A model generated the notes under the pieces. The model made no database searches and was not told where the DNA came from. It was given only the letters and a program-made list of their open reading frames with translations. Both the position numbers and the translations under genes were made by a program. DNA of 54,233 bases, the filler included, from Sphacelaria rigidula (lineage: Eukaryota), in the NCBI GenBank assembly GCA_964200075.2. It is 4 parts of 4 records of this genome, joined end to end, with 100 filler letters (N's around TTAATTAATTAA, not from the genome) between each part and the next. Parts side by side here need not be neighbours in the genome. Positions count along the whole stretch, not along the records: positions 1 to 13,487 come from CAXNAA020002852.1; positions 13,588 to 27,070 come from CAXNAA020002853.1; 2 more parts are not named here. One strand, written 5' to 3'. Below, one piece after another: positions 12,190 through 23,092 of this stretch (positions within the stretch are counted from its first letter, which is position 1; every line of letters starts with the position of its first letter).

Positions 12190-12837
12190 GATAATTTTAG
12201 ACAAGGTCCGCCTGAAACAGTGCTGCTGTCTTGTTTCTGCTTTTTGTAAACGCGGTTGAGCTCATCACTACAACGCCTTTGGCAAACGTACAGATTCTCA
12301 TGGAGAGAGGAGCAGCAAAACGCACATCTTGATCGTGTTCTCTCCAAGCCGTGCTGTAAATCCGACACCCCAAGGGAATATCCATGCCACAATATTTCAC
12401 CGCTCCCGCGGGGTCACACACGTTCGATGCATTGCGGATGCTATCGTTCCTTACAATCCCTTGTTTTTTAGTTTCCGATTCTCTGAAAACACGAGAAAAT
12501 AATCTACAACACAAAATCGACGAAGGTCGATCGGGTGTCTTCAGGAGTGGTCATAATCCAATACCCCTTAATAGAGTTCAAGGCGAGTAACGGAGGAAGG
12601 ATAAGCTGATTGCTTGAGACTACGGACTCATCCCGAGCAAGCGGGGGGGTCAGAAGGACGACAGCTTGCCCTCCAGAAAACATAAAAATGTGTATATCCC
12701 GCAAACGATAGTTGGCAGACCTTTGCATCAATGGCCAAGTACGTGAGAACTTCAACGGAGCTCACGAGCACCAACACTTCGCCTAAACGACAATCATGCC
12801 TCTTCCTCCCTGGCTGGCTCTTCCTCCAGGAACGCAC

Positions 12838-12951
12838 CTCCTCGACCCCGAAAAGTTGACCGTTCTTTACGCGCAGCGAGGTCGCATTTTTGAAAGAGTC
12901 TGCCCGACGGTCTCCTATTCTCACCGCCTCGCCCACTGCTACAACCAAAAC
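12838..12951 (-). CDS. Exon encoding the N-terminal half of the cNMP-binding domain; gene 5' part lies off-contig
   Basis: gtccag acceptor, GAG|gtgcgt donor, phase 0-0; VLVVAVGEAV...RVKNGQLFGVEE joins in frame to VLGRQP. Confidence 0.7.
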
Positions 12952-13107
12952 CTGGACAGCGCGGTATGGGACACGCGTGGCTTGGTGAGAAAAAAGTGTG
13001 CATGTCAACATACCAACCAAGCGGTTGTTGCTTTTTAGGCCAAGCGTTTGTGGTGGGGGAAAGCAGAATGACGTGGATTATGACACGCACTGAGGGGTAA
13101 CTGGAAG

Positions 13108-13460
13108 CCTCCCCCCCCCCCCTGAAAAACTTCTGGAAGTGGCGATACCTGAACATAAAACCACATATTGTAGGCGGTCATCCAAATGCAAGACAATCAG
13201 TACGCTTCGGGCCGAACAATCTTAGTAGGATGCAGCTTACCTTTCATGCGACTCGCCGAGTACACCACGTCGCTTCGCGCTTGGTGATTAAGTGCGAGCC
13301 TGGTCCGGCGAAAAACCGGCGTGCTTCGTTCCGGCTTGATAGGCATGCGGGATCAATGGTCTTATGACTATGGCATGCATGATCATGAGTTCACCCCCCC
13401 CCCCTGAAAACGCCTGGTCCGGCGAGAACCCGGCGTGCTCCGTCCCGGCTTTGTAGGGGC
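13108..13460 (+). repeat. Dispersed repeat with poly-C tracts (also 27780-28145 +, fragment 51898-51945 -)
   Basis: Shared CTGGAAGT...GTCATCCAA...CCGAACAATCTTAG...GCGACTCGCCGAG...CCTGGTCCGGCGAA...ATGACT.TGGCATGC.TGATCATGAGT across three contigs. Confidence 0.85.
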
Positions 13461-13487
13461 GGACCCCCGATGGGGTTGGCGTCGCTT

Positions 13488-13587
13488 NNNNNNNNNNNNN
13501 NNNNNNNNNNNNNNNNNNNNNNNNNNNNNNNTTAATTAATTAANNNNNNNNNNNNNNNNNNNNNNNNNNNNNNNNNNNNNNNNNNNN
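13488..13587. other. Artificial contig-joining spacer (N44-TTAATTAATTAA-N44)
   Basis: 100-bp spacer whose 12-mer puts stops in all six frames; identical to the other two spacers. Confidence 0.98.
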
Positions 13588-13681
13588 GTGTGATGAAGCT
13601 CAGAGGCGTTGCAAGATATACTCTGTGCGGGTCTGCTCGTAGACCCTGGATTCCGTGACGCGTTGTTATCGCGTTTGCTAC

Positions 13682-14038
13682 TGTCATAAGTTAGGGTTGT
13701 TTAGCCGCGGCCCCACGCTGCGGCGCCCGATCTGATCAGTTGCTACTCTTGCCGTGGTCTACCCTGGGACATCACTACGCTCTGCTTCTGTGGCTGCCCT
13801 GCGGCTGTACTGAGTAAGAGAGCTGCTTGTAGATAAAACATGATGCTAAGCAAACACGTGAGTTCCTTATCAAGAGTCTGAACATGAATGAATCTACGTT
13901 GTGATAAGTCAAGGAAGGATAGCTAGGTCTGTGTGAGTTTGCCCTCGTGGGAGCTTGGTGAGTTGGCACCTTGGTATCTCCTGGCACTCATACTGATAGA
14001 CCCCAGCCACTGCATTAGCTAACTCCCTCTTTATGACA
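13682..14038. mobile_element. Putative solo LTR (357 bp)
   Basis: Perfect 8-bp inverted termini TGTCATAA...TTATGACA; no adjacent PBS/PPT and no clean 4-6-bp TSD. Confidence 0.5.
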
Positions 14039-14099
14039 TACGACTTCGAATCCACATCTCTGGCCACAATCCACCCACCATATCATATACCCGCATTTA

Positions 14100-15245
14100 C
14101 CAATGTGATGATTGGTACTCGATTATATTTGATTCCAGACTGGAGGAAGTTCTGAGAAAATCCATGATTTGGGGCAGGTGAGCAGTGATGAGCAGTAGAC
14201 CCAGGTAGTCCAGAACGGGTTTTGGTCCAAACTCGGCTCAAAGTCGTCGATTTGAGCTCTCGAAAGGTGTCGATTTGAGCTCTCGCAACGCACGCTTTAC
14301 TACGGGCCTTCATTTTCGTCAAATGAAAAAAATGGGAGGTCTGAATTTCCGGCAATCGCCTAGCGCTCGTTATTATATAAATTTTCTGTTGCTGTTAGAT
14401 ATTTCATTACAGATGGCGCTGATCTCGTCGTTTGCTTGCCTTCGCCAGCAAAATAAAGGACAGGGTTATGCTACCTGCCGTCTATGACGTTCATAGCTAT
14501 GGCGAAGGTATTTCTCACAACCTTTCTGTGACACGTGGAGGCAGTCAGACAGGCTAGGGCGTGATCGACTGGCTCTCTCGGGATGCTGCAGGAGCACACA
14601 TGAGTAATAATACGGACTGTAGAAAGCCCAGTGCATAGATTGCAGCATGCTTACTCTCTGTGAGTTGTATGCGCAGATACACCAAATAACACCACCAGCT
14701 ATACACTTTTCAGACGGTGCAGTAGCGTGCACTCGGAGCAGCACTGCAGGCAAGTAGGTAGTTACTGGATTGTTTCTGCTCTTCACTTTGAAAGTGCGTT
14801 TGTCTGCAAACGACGACCACCGTGCTTGACCCCAAGAGCTCCAACACCGCTGCCGGGCCACACACGGTCTAAGAAATAGACACCGCCAACCTGTGGTGCT
14901 TTATACTCTACGGCATAGCCCAGGGTATCACTAGCAGGGTTCCTGGTGATTCTCGCATGCTTGCGAGCGCCACGACGTCCGCGAATGACAGCTCTGCGGA
15001 GTATTGCGCTGCGGTTCGAAACATTTGGCATTCGCCAAAGGTGAAGGCTTGGTGGAAAAATCTAGCCGCTTCATTTTCGGAGAAGGCCAAGCACCAGGTG
15101 TGGAAACGCCTAAGATCTTGGCGATCTCCAAAAAAGCTGTGTCGATAATAACGGCCCTCAAGAAACAATCTGCACCCCCCTTGCCCGAAAGTTATCGGTA
15201 TGCCTTGGTCGATGTTAAGGTTAGGTTAGCGTTAGGGTTCGTGGC
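14100..15245 (-). mobile_element. Copy of the 48554-48890 element split by ~860 bp of extra sequence
   Basis: 14100-14310 and 15171-15245 match, in inverted orientation, consecutive parts of 48620-48835. Confidence 0.6.
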
Positions 15246-15537
15246 ATCTCCACAGTACCAACCATTGTTAACCCTTTTGGGACTGGCAATGGAAAGGGGT
15301 GGTTTGGAAGTGCTGGTTTTGAAGGACATGTAGTTGACAGTTTTCAGCTCCCACGCAGCACTATTTTGCCCAAGGCGTGTTTTTCAGACCCGCGCAAATG
15401 AAACACGGAAGAAAAGAAGGTTGCCTATTTTCGAGGGTGGCGAACAACGTTGTTTTTTGTTCGACCCATCGGTCTTTTTCAGCACTGCAAGTAAACAAAA
15501 TGCGCGGAGGCTTGCTGATTTACTATAAACATGGTAG

Positions 15538-17012
15538 ATTACAGTCTCGTACGAAATGGCTCCCTGAGCACAAACACAACCAGGCAGCCATACAGCCCAT
15601 CCACGTAGAAGGATGGATGCCCTCGAGAAAGAGGTGAAGGCCACAAACGTGGTACGTGCAGCATTTCTGGGACCACCAAGTACCAAACATGGGTCTGAAA
15701 TCGTGAACGCGGTACGCGATGAGGACGGGACCTGCTTTGAGGTGCTTGCAGAACAAAGCCGCGAGGCAGCCGAGTCGTCAACAACACCAACGGCTTGACG
15801 CCGAGCTGTGAGACCTTTAGGAAACTGCGCTCGGAAGTCTTTCCTGACGGCAGCACTAGGCCGCAATACGGCGGTGCTCGATGATGGGCGCATGGCACAG
15901 CTCGTCGCGAAGCTGAAAAAAGCCGTATGCGAGTACATGGTGCAAGCCATATGCGGTACTGTACTGTACAAAACCTGTGAAGAGGAGGCAGATAAAGACC
16001 GATATGTCATCACAAGAGATGGCCAAAATATGGCGGGGAACCTGTCTCTCACGGAGACGTTCGAACACGAGTCGCCTATCGAGGTGAATAGGGGCACCAT
16101 CGGATGGTTCAGGAGGCATCTGAAGTGGGTGGCAGAATGTGAGGGTCTGTGACTGAAAATGCCGTGACTCGCAGCTGCCAGTGCCGTTTTGGACGCGAAT
16201 GTTATGGTGTGGGAGCCACATCATGGCGGGAATGCGGTGCAACTGTACATCGGTACGAATAGGTACATGGATGAGCTTTACTTTCTGGATGAAAACAACC
16301 ATTCGGTGCATCTGAGGTACTGCTCCACAGATGATGTTAGCCGCGGTCGTCAAATAGCACCTGGTACTGCAGCACAGTTCGCGTAATATAATCATTTCGA
16401 TGTCTTATTCTTAAATGTTGTGGCGGAAACGCGAGTGGCAGAAGTGATCAGAGGCGCTGTACAGGGGTTGTTGCTGCCGAAACTCAGGCGGTATCGGCAC
16501 GATCTCAACGTGGAGGCATTGCCGCACATGCCTCTCATCGCGCCGTCTTTACCTGCACAGCCTCACTTCTCCCCTGGCGTGGCTCCGCAAGCGAGATATA
16601 CCGAAGGCACGGGGTGCACAGCGGTGTTTTAGCGAGACACACGGAAAGGGAAGCGACACACGGCCCGTCGCAAGGCCGGCGCGGTTTTTTGTGGAAAGCA
16701 CAAGAACTGGGAGGTCGGCGGGTTGGGACTGGAACGTGAGCGAAAGCCAAAGAAGAAGGAGGCAGACAGTAAAGACGCCGATGATGGAGAGGCCGAACGG
16801 CACTACGGGTCTAACGGTGAGTTGAAGGGCGGGGAGGACGAACTAGAGATGCGAGGGGGGCAGGCGTCGATCCCTAAAACGTGGGCGGCAGTGTTGAAGG
16901 ATGCATCAAACATTGCCGAGAAGCAGTATCAAGAAGTATACGAGACGGTCGCCAGGATGACGCCTCCGAAGAACGCACCGGTGGAGGTGAGATGGAAGGA
17001 TACGAGTATCCG
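15538..17012 (+). pseudogene. OTU-like cysteine protease plus degenerate CCCH-type zinc finger, probably transposon-derived; multiple in-frame stops
   Basis: One frame (track ORFs 15613, 15808, 16189, 16420, 16723): VRPLGNC..SFLTAAL...LKKAVCEYM...LAAASAVLDANVMVW...VHLRY...YNHFDVL, then CTAVF*RDTRKGKRHTARRKAGAVFCGKH; ends at CG|gtacag donor. Confidence 0.75.
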
Positions 17013-17073
17013 GTACAGCTGTAGGGTGTTCTCTACGTGGTTGGTTTCTTTGATCGTCTGTGACGTAGTTTTG

Positions 17074-18859
17074 CAAGGTTGTGTTCTGTAGGGTACGGGT
17101 TTCTGTATACCTGGGGTATTTTGCCGGGTATTTACCGTACCCGACAGTTCTGTGACTTCTGTAAGACTTTCGTACCGATACTCGACAGTTCTGTAATCTC
17201 TGTAAGACTTTCATACCCTTACCCGATAGTTCTGTAATCTCTGTGAGACTCCCGTCCCATTACCGGGGGGCATGGGTATGCTCTTGAGAAGATACCTGAT
17301 TGCGGGTACGGTTTTCTATTCAACCTCCATACCCTACCCGAACGTTTCTGTGAGTTCTGTAAGCCTCCCATACCCTTACCCGAGAGTTCTGTGAGTTCTG
17401 TACAGAATGTTTACCCTTACCCGAGGAGCGGGTATGCTCTTGAAGGAATACCGGATTGCCGGTACCGGTTTTCTGTAAGCCTCCCGTACCGTACCCGACG
17501 AGCTCTGTAAGTTCTGTAAGACTTTTATCCAGTACCGGTACCCGATAGTTCTGTGAGCTCTGTAAGCCTCCCTTACCCCTACCTGAGGTTGGGGTATACC
17601 GTTATAGATATACCCGATTGCAGGTATGAGCACAGGTATATACCTTGAGGAGGTACAGATATAGGTTCAATCTTAACACAAGCTCATGACCTGATCATGT
17701 ACCTCCAATCGATCAATCCACCCAACTCCTTCATTGAAAACTGCACACTAACAACAATCCAATGTTCAAAAGTTCTTTAGCGTGGGATCTGGCGAGATGC
17801 AAGGTACCGCTGACTGGAGACACGAAACATGAGCAGCCCTGCAGACCGTGACGATGGACCTACCCCAGACTCGAGTGGTGGCTCGAGCGGGGGCGGTTTA
17901 TCTGCGCCACCAGGGGATCAAGTAGCAAGACACACGTCATCGACGTTGATGGTGGTTGGGTCGTGGTCATCAATACCGAGACCTTTATCGACATGTACAG
18001 CGCGGTGTACGCCACCGAAAGTCAAGGCCGTCGGCGATTTTGTCGCGTGCCGAAGGGTTTCCAGAGAACGGGCAGTCGTAAATGCTCCTTCATGTACTCT
18101 ATGGGAGTGTACGTGAAACCGGTAGATGTTGACGATCCCGTGCACATGTACTACTGCGATTGTTCGGGTAGTCATTCTCTATCAACCCCATGAAAACCGT
18201 TCAGACTTATCGTGAAATATCATCTGTATTTCGCCACAGTCGTAGTGACGTAGGTCCCACGACAGGGGTGATGATGATACCAAGGTCTTGTTTCGTAGGG
18301 CACGGGTTTCTGTATACCCGGGGTATTTTACCGGGTATTTACCGTACCCGACAGTTCTGCGACTTCTGTAAGACTTTCATACCGGTACTCGACAGTTCTG
18401 TAATCTCTGTGAGACTTTCATACCCTTACCCGATAGTTCTGCGAGTTCTGTAAGCCTCCCGTACCGTGGCCGGGGGGCACAGGTATGTCCTTGATAATAT
18501 ACCCAGCTGCGGGTACGGTTTTCTATACAACCTCTATATTCTACCCGACAGTTTCGGTGAGTTCTGCAAGCCTCCCATACCCTTACCAGACAGTTCCGTG
18601 AGTTCTGTACAAAACCTTTACCCTTACGCGGGGCGCGGATATACCCTTAAAGAGTTACTCGATTGCCGGTACCGGTTTTCTGTAAGCCTCCCGCACCGTA
18701 CCCGACAAGTTCCGTAAACTCTATAAGAGTTTCATACCGGTACCCGACAGTTCTGTAAACTCTGCAAGACTTTCATACCGGTACCCGACAGTTCTGTAAG
18801 TTCTATAAGGAATCCCATACCCTACAGAACGTACCCGTACCTTACAGAACACAACCTTG
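17074..18859. mobile_element. Composite non-autonomous hAT element (1786 bp)
   Basis: 27-bp TIR CAAGGTTGTGTTCTGTA(G/A)GGTACGGGT (26/27); exact 8-bp TSD TAGTTTTG (17066-17073, 18860-18867); two direct arrays of ~41-bp subrepeats. Confidence 0.92.
17829..18170 (+). pseudogene. Frameshifted coding fragment, possibly a hAT transposase N-terminus
   Basis: MSSPADRDDGP... shifting frame into FCRVPKGFQRTGSRKCSFMYSMGVYVKPVDVDDPVHMYYC; no catalytic domain visible. Confidence 0.35.
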
Positions 18860-18876
18860 TAGTTTTGTACTAGCAG

Positions 18877-18957
18877 AAACCTCGTAAACGATAAATTCCC
18901 ACTTTTCGGAGCAGTTGAGAAATCGACACTATTTGGAGCAGTATCGTTTTCGAACGG
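18877..18957 (+). pseudogene. Next exon of the OTU/zinc-finger gene
   Basis: tagcag acceptor, phase 2 joins 17012 in frame (WKDTSIR-NLVNDKFPLFGAVEKSTLFGAVSFSNG); gtacag donor. Confidence 0.55.
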
Positions 18958-19834
18958 GTACAGATCCACCTACCACTCTACGCTTGTGGTGTTGATGGTG
19001 GTGTTCAGACCTTTACATATAACGCTAGTATCGACCAGACATGCAGTTCTATACTGTGATCAGTATCGGCGAATGACTAGTTCCACAGCATTCACGTATT
19101 TCAGATAGGCGGTCGTCGGTGATAGAAGAGCATTTTGCCCGAAACATTGCAGCAGGCCAGCATTTCGGCTCACCTTCCACAGATAACGGTAACTCAAAGT
19201 GAAATTAAATATTTTCGCGCGAAGCGCGATTATTGCCGAGCGTTTCCAAATCACCACTCGGCAACATCGAGGACACACCCGCGATCGGGGGGAGAACTAT
19301 CGAATGGGATATGTCCTGTATCACTGTGCTGCAGCACAAACACACTCATGCTCTGTCTCGTGTGCTGTAGCTGTCGTTGCGCTGTGGCGTCTACAGGCCT
19401 TCGTGGAGACCGTCAAATCCCCGCTTGGAACAGCTGAGTTGCTTGATATTGTCATTCCGTTCGTTTCGATGAAAAATAATGTACTGCCGGCACGCAGTGC
19501 TCTCAACACACTCTTGAAACCTCGATGGCATGTTGGCCGTTTCGTCTCGAGTCAAACGGTCTGCACAGATTCGAGGTGGGATCGAAGTGCTGTTCGAACC
19601 AAGAAATGTTGGAAAAATCGTCTACTGCCTCTTCTCTGGTACTTAGATTATAGTCGGGTGCTGTGATCGGGGCAAGACACGCAGAGCGGTTGCGTGCAGG
19701 TTGGGGCGAACAAACTGAACCAGCACGGATCTGCTGTATGCTAATTCCTGAAACGCTATGATATTTACTCTAAGGTGGAATTATGTCAGAAATTTTGACA
19801 GCATAATACGGGCAAGCCGAGATTGCGATCGCAG

Positions 19835-20056
19835 AAAGACAGCGAAATTCGTGAATGGTCGCCATTCGCTCGTGTGCATTACCGGGGGCGGCGTGGGAGC
19901 GCGGAGTTCACCCTGTCCGAGAAAACCCTGGAGCGCCTGCCGAAGGTGGACCGCGCGGAGTATAAAGCCGTGGTCGAAGGGAGCGTGGAGGATCTCGTGC
20001 TCTCATTTTTCGACATCATGTTCCCCCCGGAGGCCATCGATCTCATCGTGAAATAT
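19835..20056 (+). CDS. Exon resembling the start of a piggyBac-like (DDE_Tnp_1_7) transposase
   Basis: cgcag acceptor and gtaagt donor; open, GC3-rich; LSFFDIMFPPEAIDLIVKY resembles piggyBac 'FF.LFF..E.+..IV..TN'; following exon not found. Confidence 0.5.
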
Positions 20057-20289
20057 GTAAGTCCATATTTTATGTCAATGACCAATCCCGACGTTTTTCT
20101 TTTCACATCGGGGGGGGGGGGATCCGGCAACGCCTTTTATGGGCCCCGATTTTGACCAAATCGGGGGAGAACAAATCGGGGTGTCACGATCTTCGAACGA
20201 GTTCCCCCGATGTTTCGGAAGAAAACGGGTGAAATCTCTCCGAGATCGTTACTTCCCCCGACTTTTTTCAGGTGACGTGCTTGCATTGG

Positions 20290-20670
20290 CGTACAATGGT
20301 AGGGTACGAGGATTTGGTATTTTTGCACGGCAGCAAGAGGCAGTATCGTGACAGCGCAGGGGGTGCTTGCTCGCGCCACCTGCTGAGGCAGCTTCGCACG
20401 GGGTTTGAGAAGCGAGTAGTAAGTGTTGACGCTGTGTCCTGCGGCGATGGTAATATTTTGTGCTGCAAGGCGCTGCCAAATGTATCACTATTACGAACGG
20501 TGCTGTACTCTCCTACTCCGTTGTCGCTGTGCTTGCAGGGTGATGTATGGCACTGCAGTACTGAACTCTTCGCGCACATCGTTTGTTCACTGCGCTCGCA
20601 ATACCGACTGTGCCATAATGTACTATTATACTACACGGTATTATCATGTGCTGTGCTGATGGAGTGTCCT
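20290..20670 (+). repeat. Dispersed repeat shared with 52250-52612
   Basis: CAGT.TCGTGACAGC...GCACGGGGTTTG...TGTTGACGC.GT...CGGCGATGGTAA...ATCACT.T.ACGAACGGT in both places. Confidence 0.7.
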
Positions 20671-21892
20671 GCACTGCATTGCCCTAGGGCACAACGGTAC
20701 GACACTGTACTCGAAGGAATATTCGCCGCCCACGTGCTCATCAGCTTCATGCACGGCTACGTGACTCTCATGCCAAAAACGACAGTCTGCGTACAGAACT
20801 GTTTCACAAATCTGTGGTACTGTCTGTGCCATGCAACGGTTCTCCTGATTTTGAGGTCGCAAATTGGAGTTCCCCTGATTTTCAAGAAATTCGGGTCTCT
20901 CAAAGAAATGAGATTCGTTGCCGTAAAAGTTGGTCTAATGAACCTCTCCGAATTTGTAGTCAGTGTTGGGCACGATTCGTACACCACTGTTGTCGAATAT
21001 CGCTGAAGTTTCTCACGTAACAAAAAGCTTCATCATCCCTGGTCGAACAGTAGGTTCATTATTTGTCGCAAACGGGCTCAAAATAGGGAAGAGATCACCT
21101 ACCGCGGAGTATAGCTCGGCATCCAGCAGTGCCTGCGACGCGGAGTGTTGACGGCGACAAACAAACACTGCGTTGTTGGTGGATTTTTTTTCTAACGCTG
21201 TCCTGTGTGCCGGGACGAGATTGGCTCATTGTTTCATTTTGGGTAGTCGTGCCGACGAAGGGAACGGTTCAAATCGCGATAGATGACAACGGGAAAGGTT
21301 AAAAACAAATATGCAGTATTTGGGGCCAATGCATTCGCGCGTAGTCGTTCGCGATAATGCCCAAAAATCATAGCAGTACCCAGTGTTCGCGTGGGCACGT
21401 GTTGAACTGGCATATGATTATATTATTTACACTGAAACTCTATGGTTGGAGACTGGACAAGTTGATGTGCTTGACAAATGTTTGGCTGGTAGTGGCAACT
21501 AGGATTGATCGCAGTTTTCACGTGAGAAAACTACCGAAGCGGCATGCGCCTGTTTGCCACTGCTTCCGTTCTTGGCTAGCAGACGAATGACTACGTCGAT
21601 TTCTGCACCGCGGAGGAGGAACCGACCGGGCATGACGGCAAGCAGCAAAAACGAGAATAGCGACACATTCGATTACGACCTGCACAAGGTGGCGAGACAA
21701 CATATTTCATCCAAGAGGAATAACTGACAGCCGAGATCACGAAAAAAGGTGCGCAGGCATGAGCCTGGAGGCGGGAGCGCCGCGGCAGTTGTGGGGGGGG
21801 CGCCGTAGCCGCCAGTCGGGTTTTGGGGTTCAACACAGGCTGATGGCGTGTCGGGACATGCGTACGGGTATGGAGTGTACCGGCTACTTTTA

Positions 21893-23092
21893 TGATGTGG
21901 TAACGACCGTACGGTGTTGGCTGCTTTTGTGACTATCACGGTGTGGATTTCCGTTACACGGCGTGACTGTCGCCAGTTTTGTGTATATTGCTTTTGGAGG
22001 GTTTGACGACGGTGGTGGGGTGGGTATGTCAATAATGTGTAATCGCCGCCGCGTGCTGTCGGCGGCCGATTGTGTCTTTCATATTTTTTCCTTCATCTCC
22101 GAGGGTGATTTATTGTGTTCGATGTCGAAAATGCTCTTGAGCGCACCGGGGCGGCACGGCCGCACGCCGTCATGTGTCTTGGATTAAATTTTGATTTGTT
22201 TTTTGTGAGTCGGGCGGGACTGGGTTGCGGAGTGATTGTGGCTACCGGCCATTGGAGTTGTTGGCCTGCCGCACATTCCACTCGTCGTGTTGTTGTTTAT
22301 CACGACCGTTCATCACCACACCATTTGAACTCTTATGTGATGCTTTCGAGAGTGAAGGGTGTGTCCTGCACGCAAGCAAGCAGTGTTTGCGGGCGACCGC
22401 TAGGAAACGTGTCCGCCGCTGATACGATATATCATTTCTTTCCCCGTCGGCGATAGAAACAGTGCCGATATGCGGACGGGTGCAGTCGCCGGCGTCGACT
22501 TGCGGCGCCCGATTGTGTATTACCCGGTAGAACCGCACCCGGTTTACATCGTCATGTTGTCGGCAACAGGAGCGGGAGCGGCACGCCCGTGGATAATGAC
22601 TTTTCGGCGGTCGATTGACATTGTCTCTCCAGCGTGATGTGGTAACGGCCGTGCGGTGTTGGCTGCTTTTGTGACTATCGCGGCGTGGGTTTCCGTTACA
22701 CGGCGTGACTGTCGCCGATTCTGTGTGTGTGTTTTCCGGCGGGGGTCGGTGACGGTGGTGGGGCGGGTATGGCAAGAAGATGTGTTTGCCGCCGCGTGCT
22801 GCCGGCGACTGATTGTGTTTCTCATTCTTTCTTCATTTTTTTCTCCATTTTGGAGGATGATTATATCGTGCTCGATGTCACAAATGCCCTTGAGCACACC
22901 GGGGCGGCACAGCCGCGCGCCGTTATGGAGTTTTTATTCAACTTTGATTTTTGTTTTACTCGGGCGGGACTGGGGTACGGAGTGATTGCGGCCACCGGCG
23001 ATTGGAGTTGCCAGATTGCCGCACATGCCACTCGTCGTGTTGTGGTTTTCATAATCGTTTACTATCACAATACTTCAAGTCTTATGTGGTGA
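21893..23092. repeat. Diverged direct duplication (~450-bp units at 21893 and 22635, offset 742 bp)
   Basis: Colinear match from TGATGTGGTAACG.CCGT.CGGTGTTGGCTGCTTTTGTGACTATC to ...CCACTCGTCGTGTTGT...TCTTATGTG. Confidence 0.85.

Noticed and set aside
13532..13543. TTAATTAATTAA as a biological motif (piggyBac target or conserved site)
   Set aside because: Identical N-flanked copies at every join; it is a synthetic linker
15384..16100. 238-aa minus-strand ORF
   Set aside because: Antisense shadow of the OTU-like coding frame
17140..18830. CRISPR-like array of ~41-bp repeats
   Set aside because: Degenerate head-to-tail units without unique spacers, bounded by hAT TIRs and a TSD; no cas genes; eukaryotic context
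20272..21006. 244-aa ORF
   Set aside because: Lies over a dispersed repeat whose other copy (52250-52612) does not appear to keep the frame; no recognisable domain
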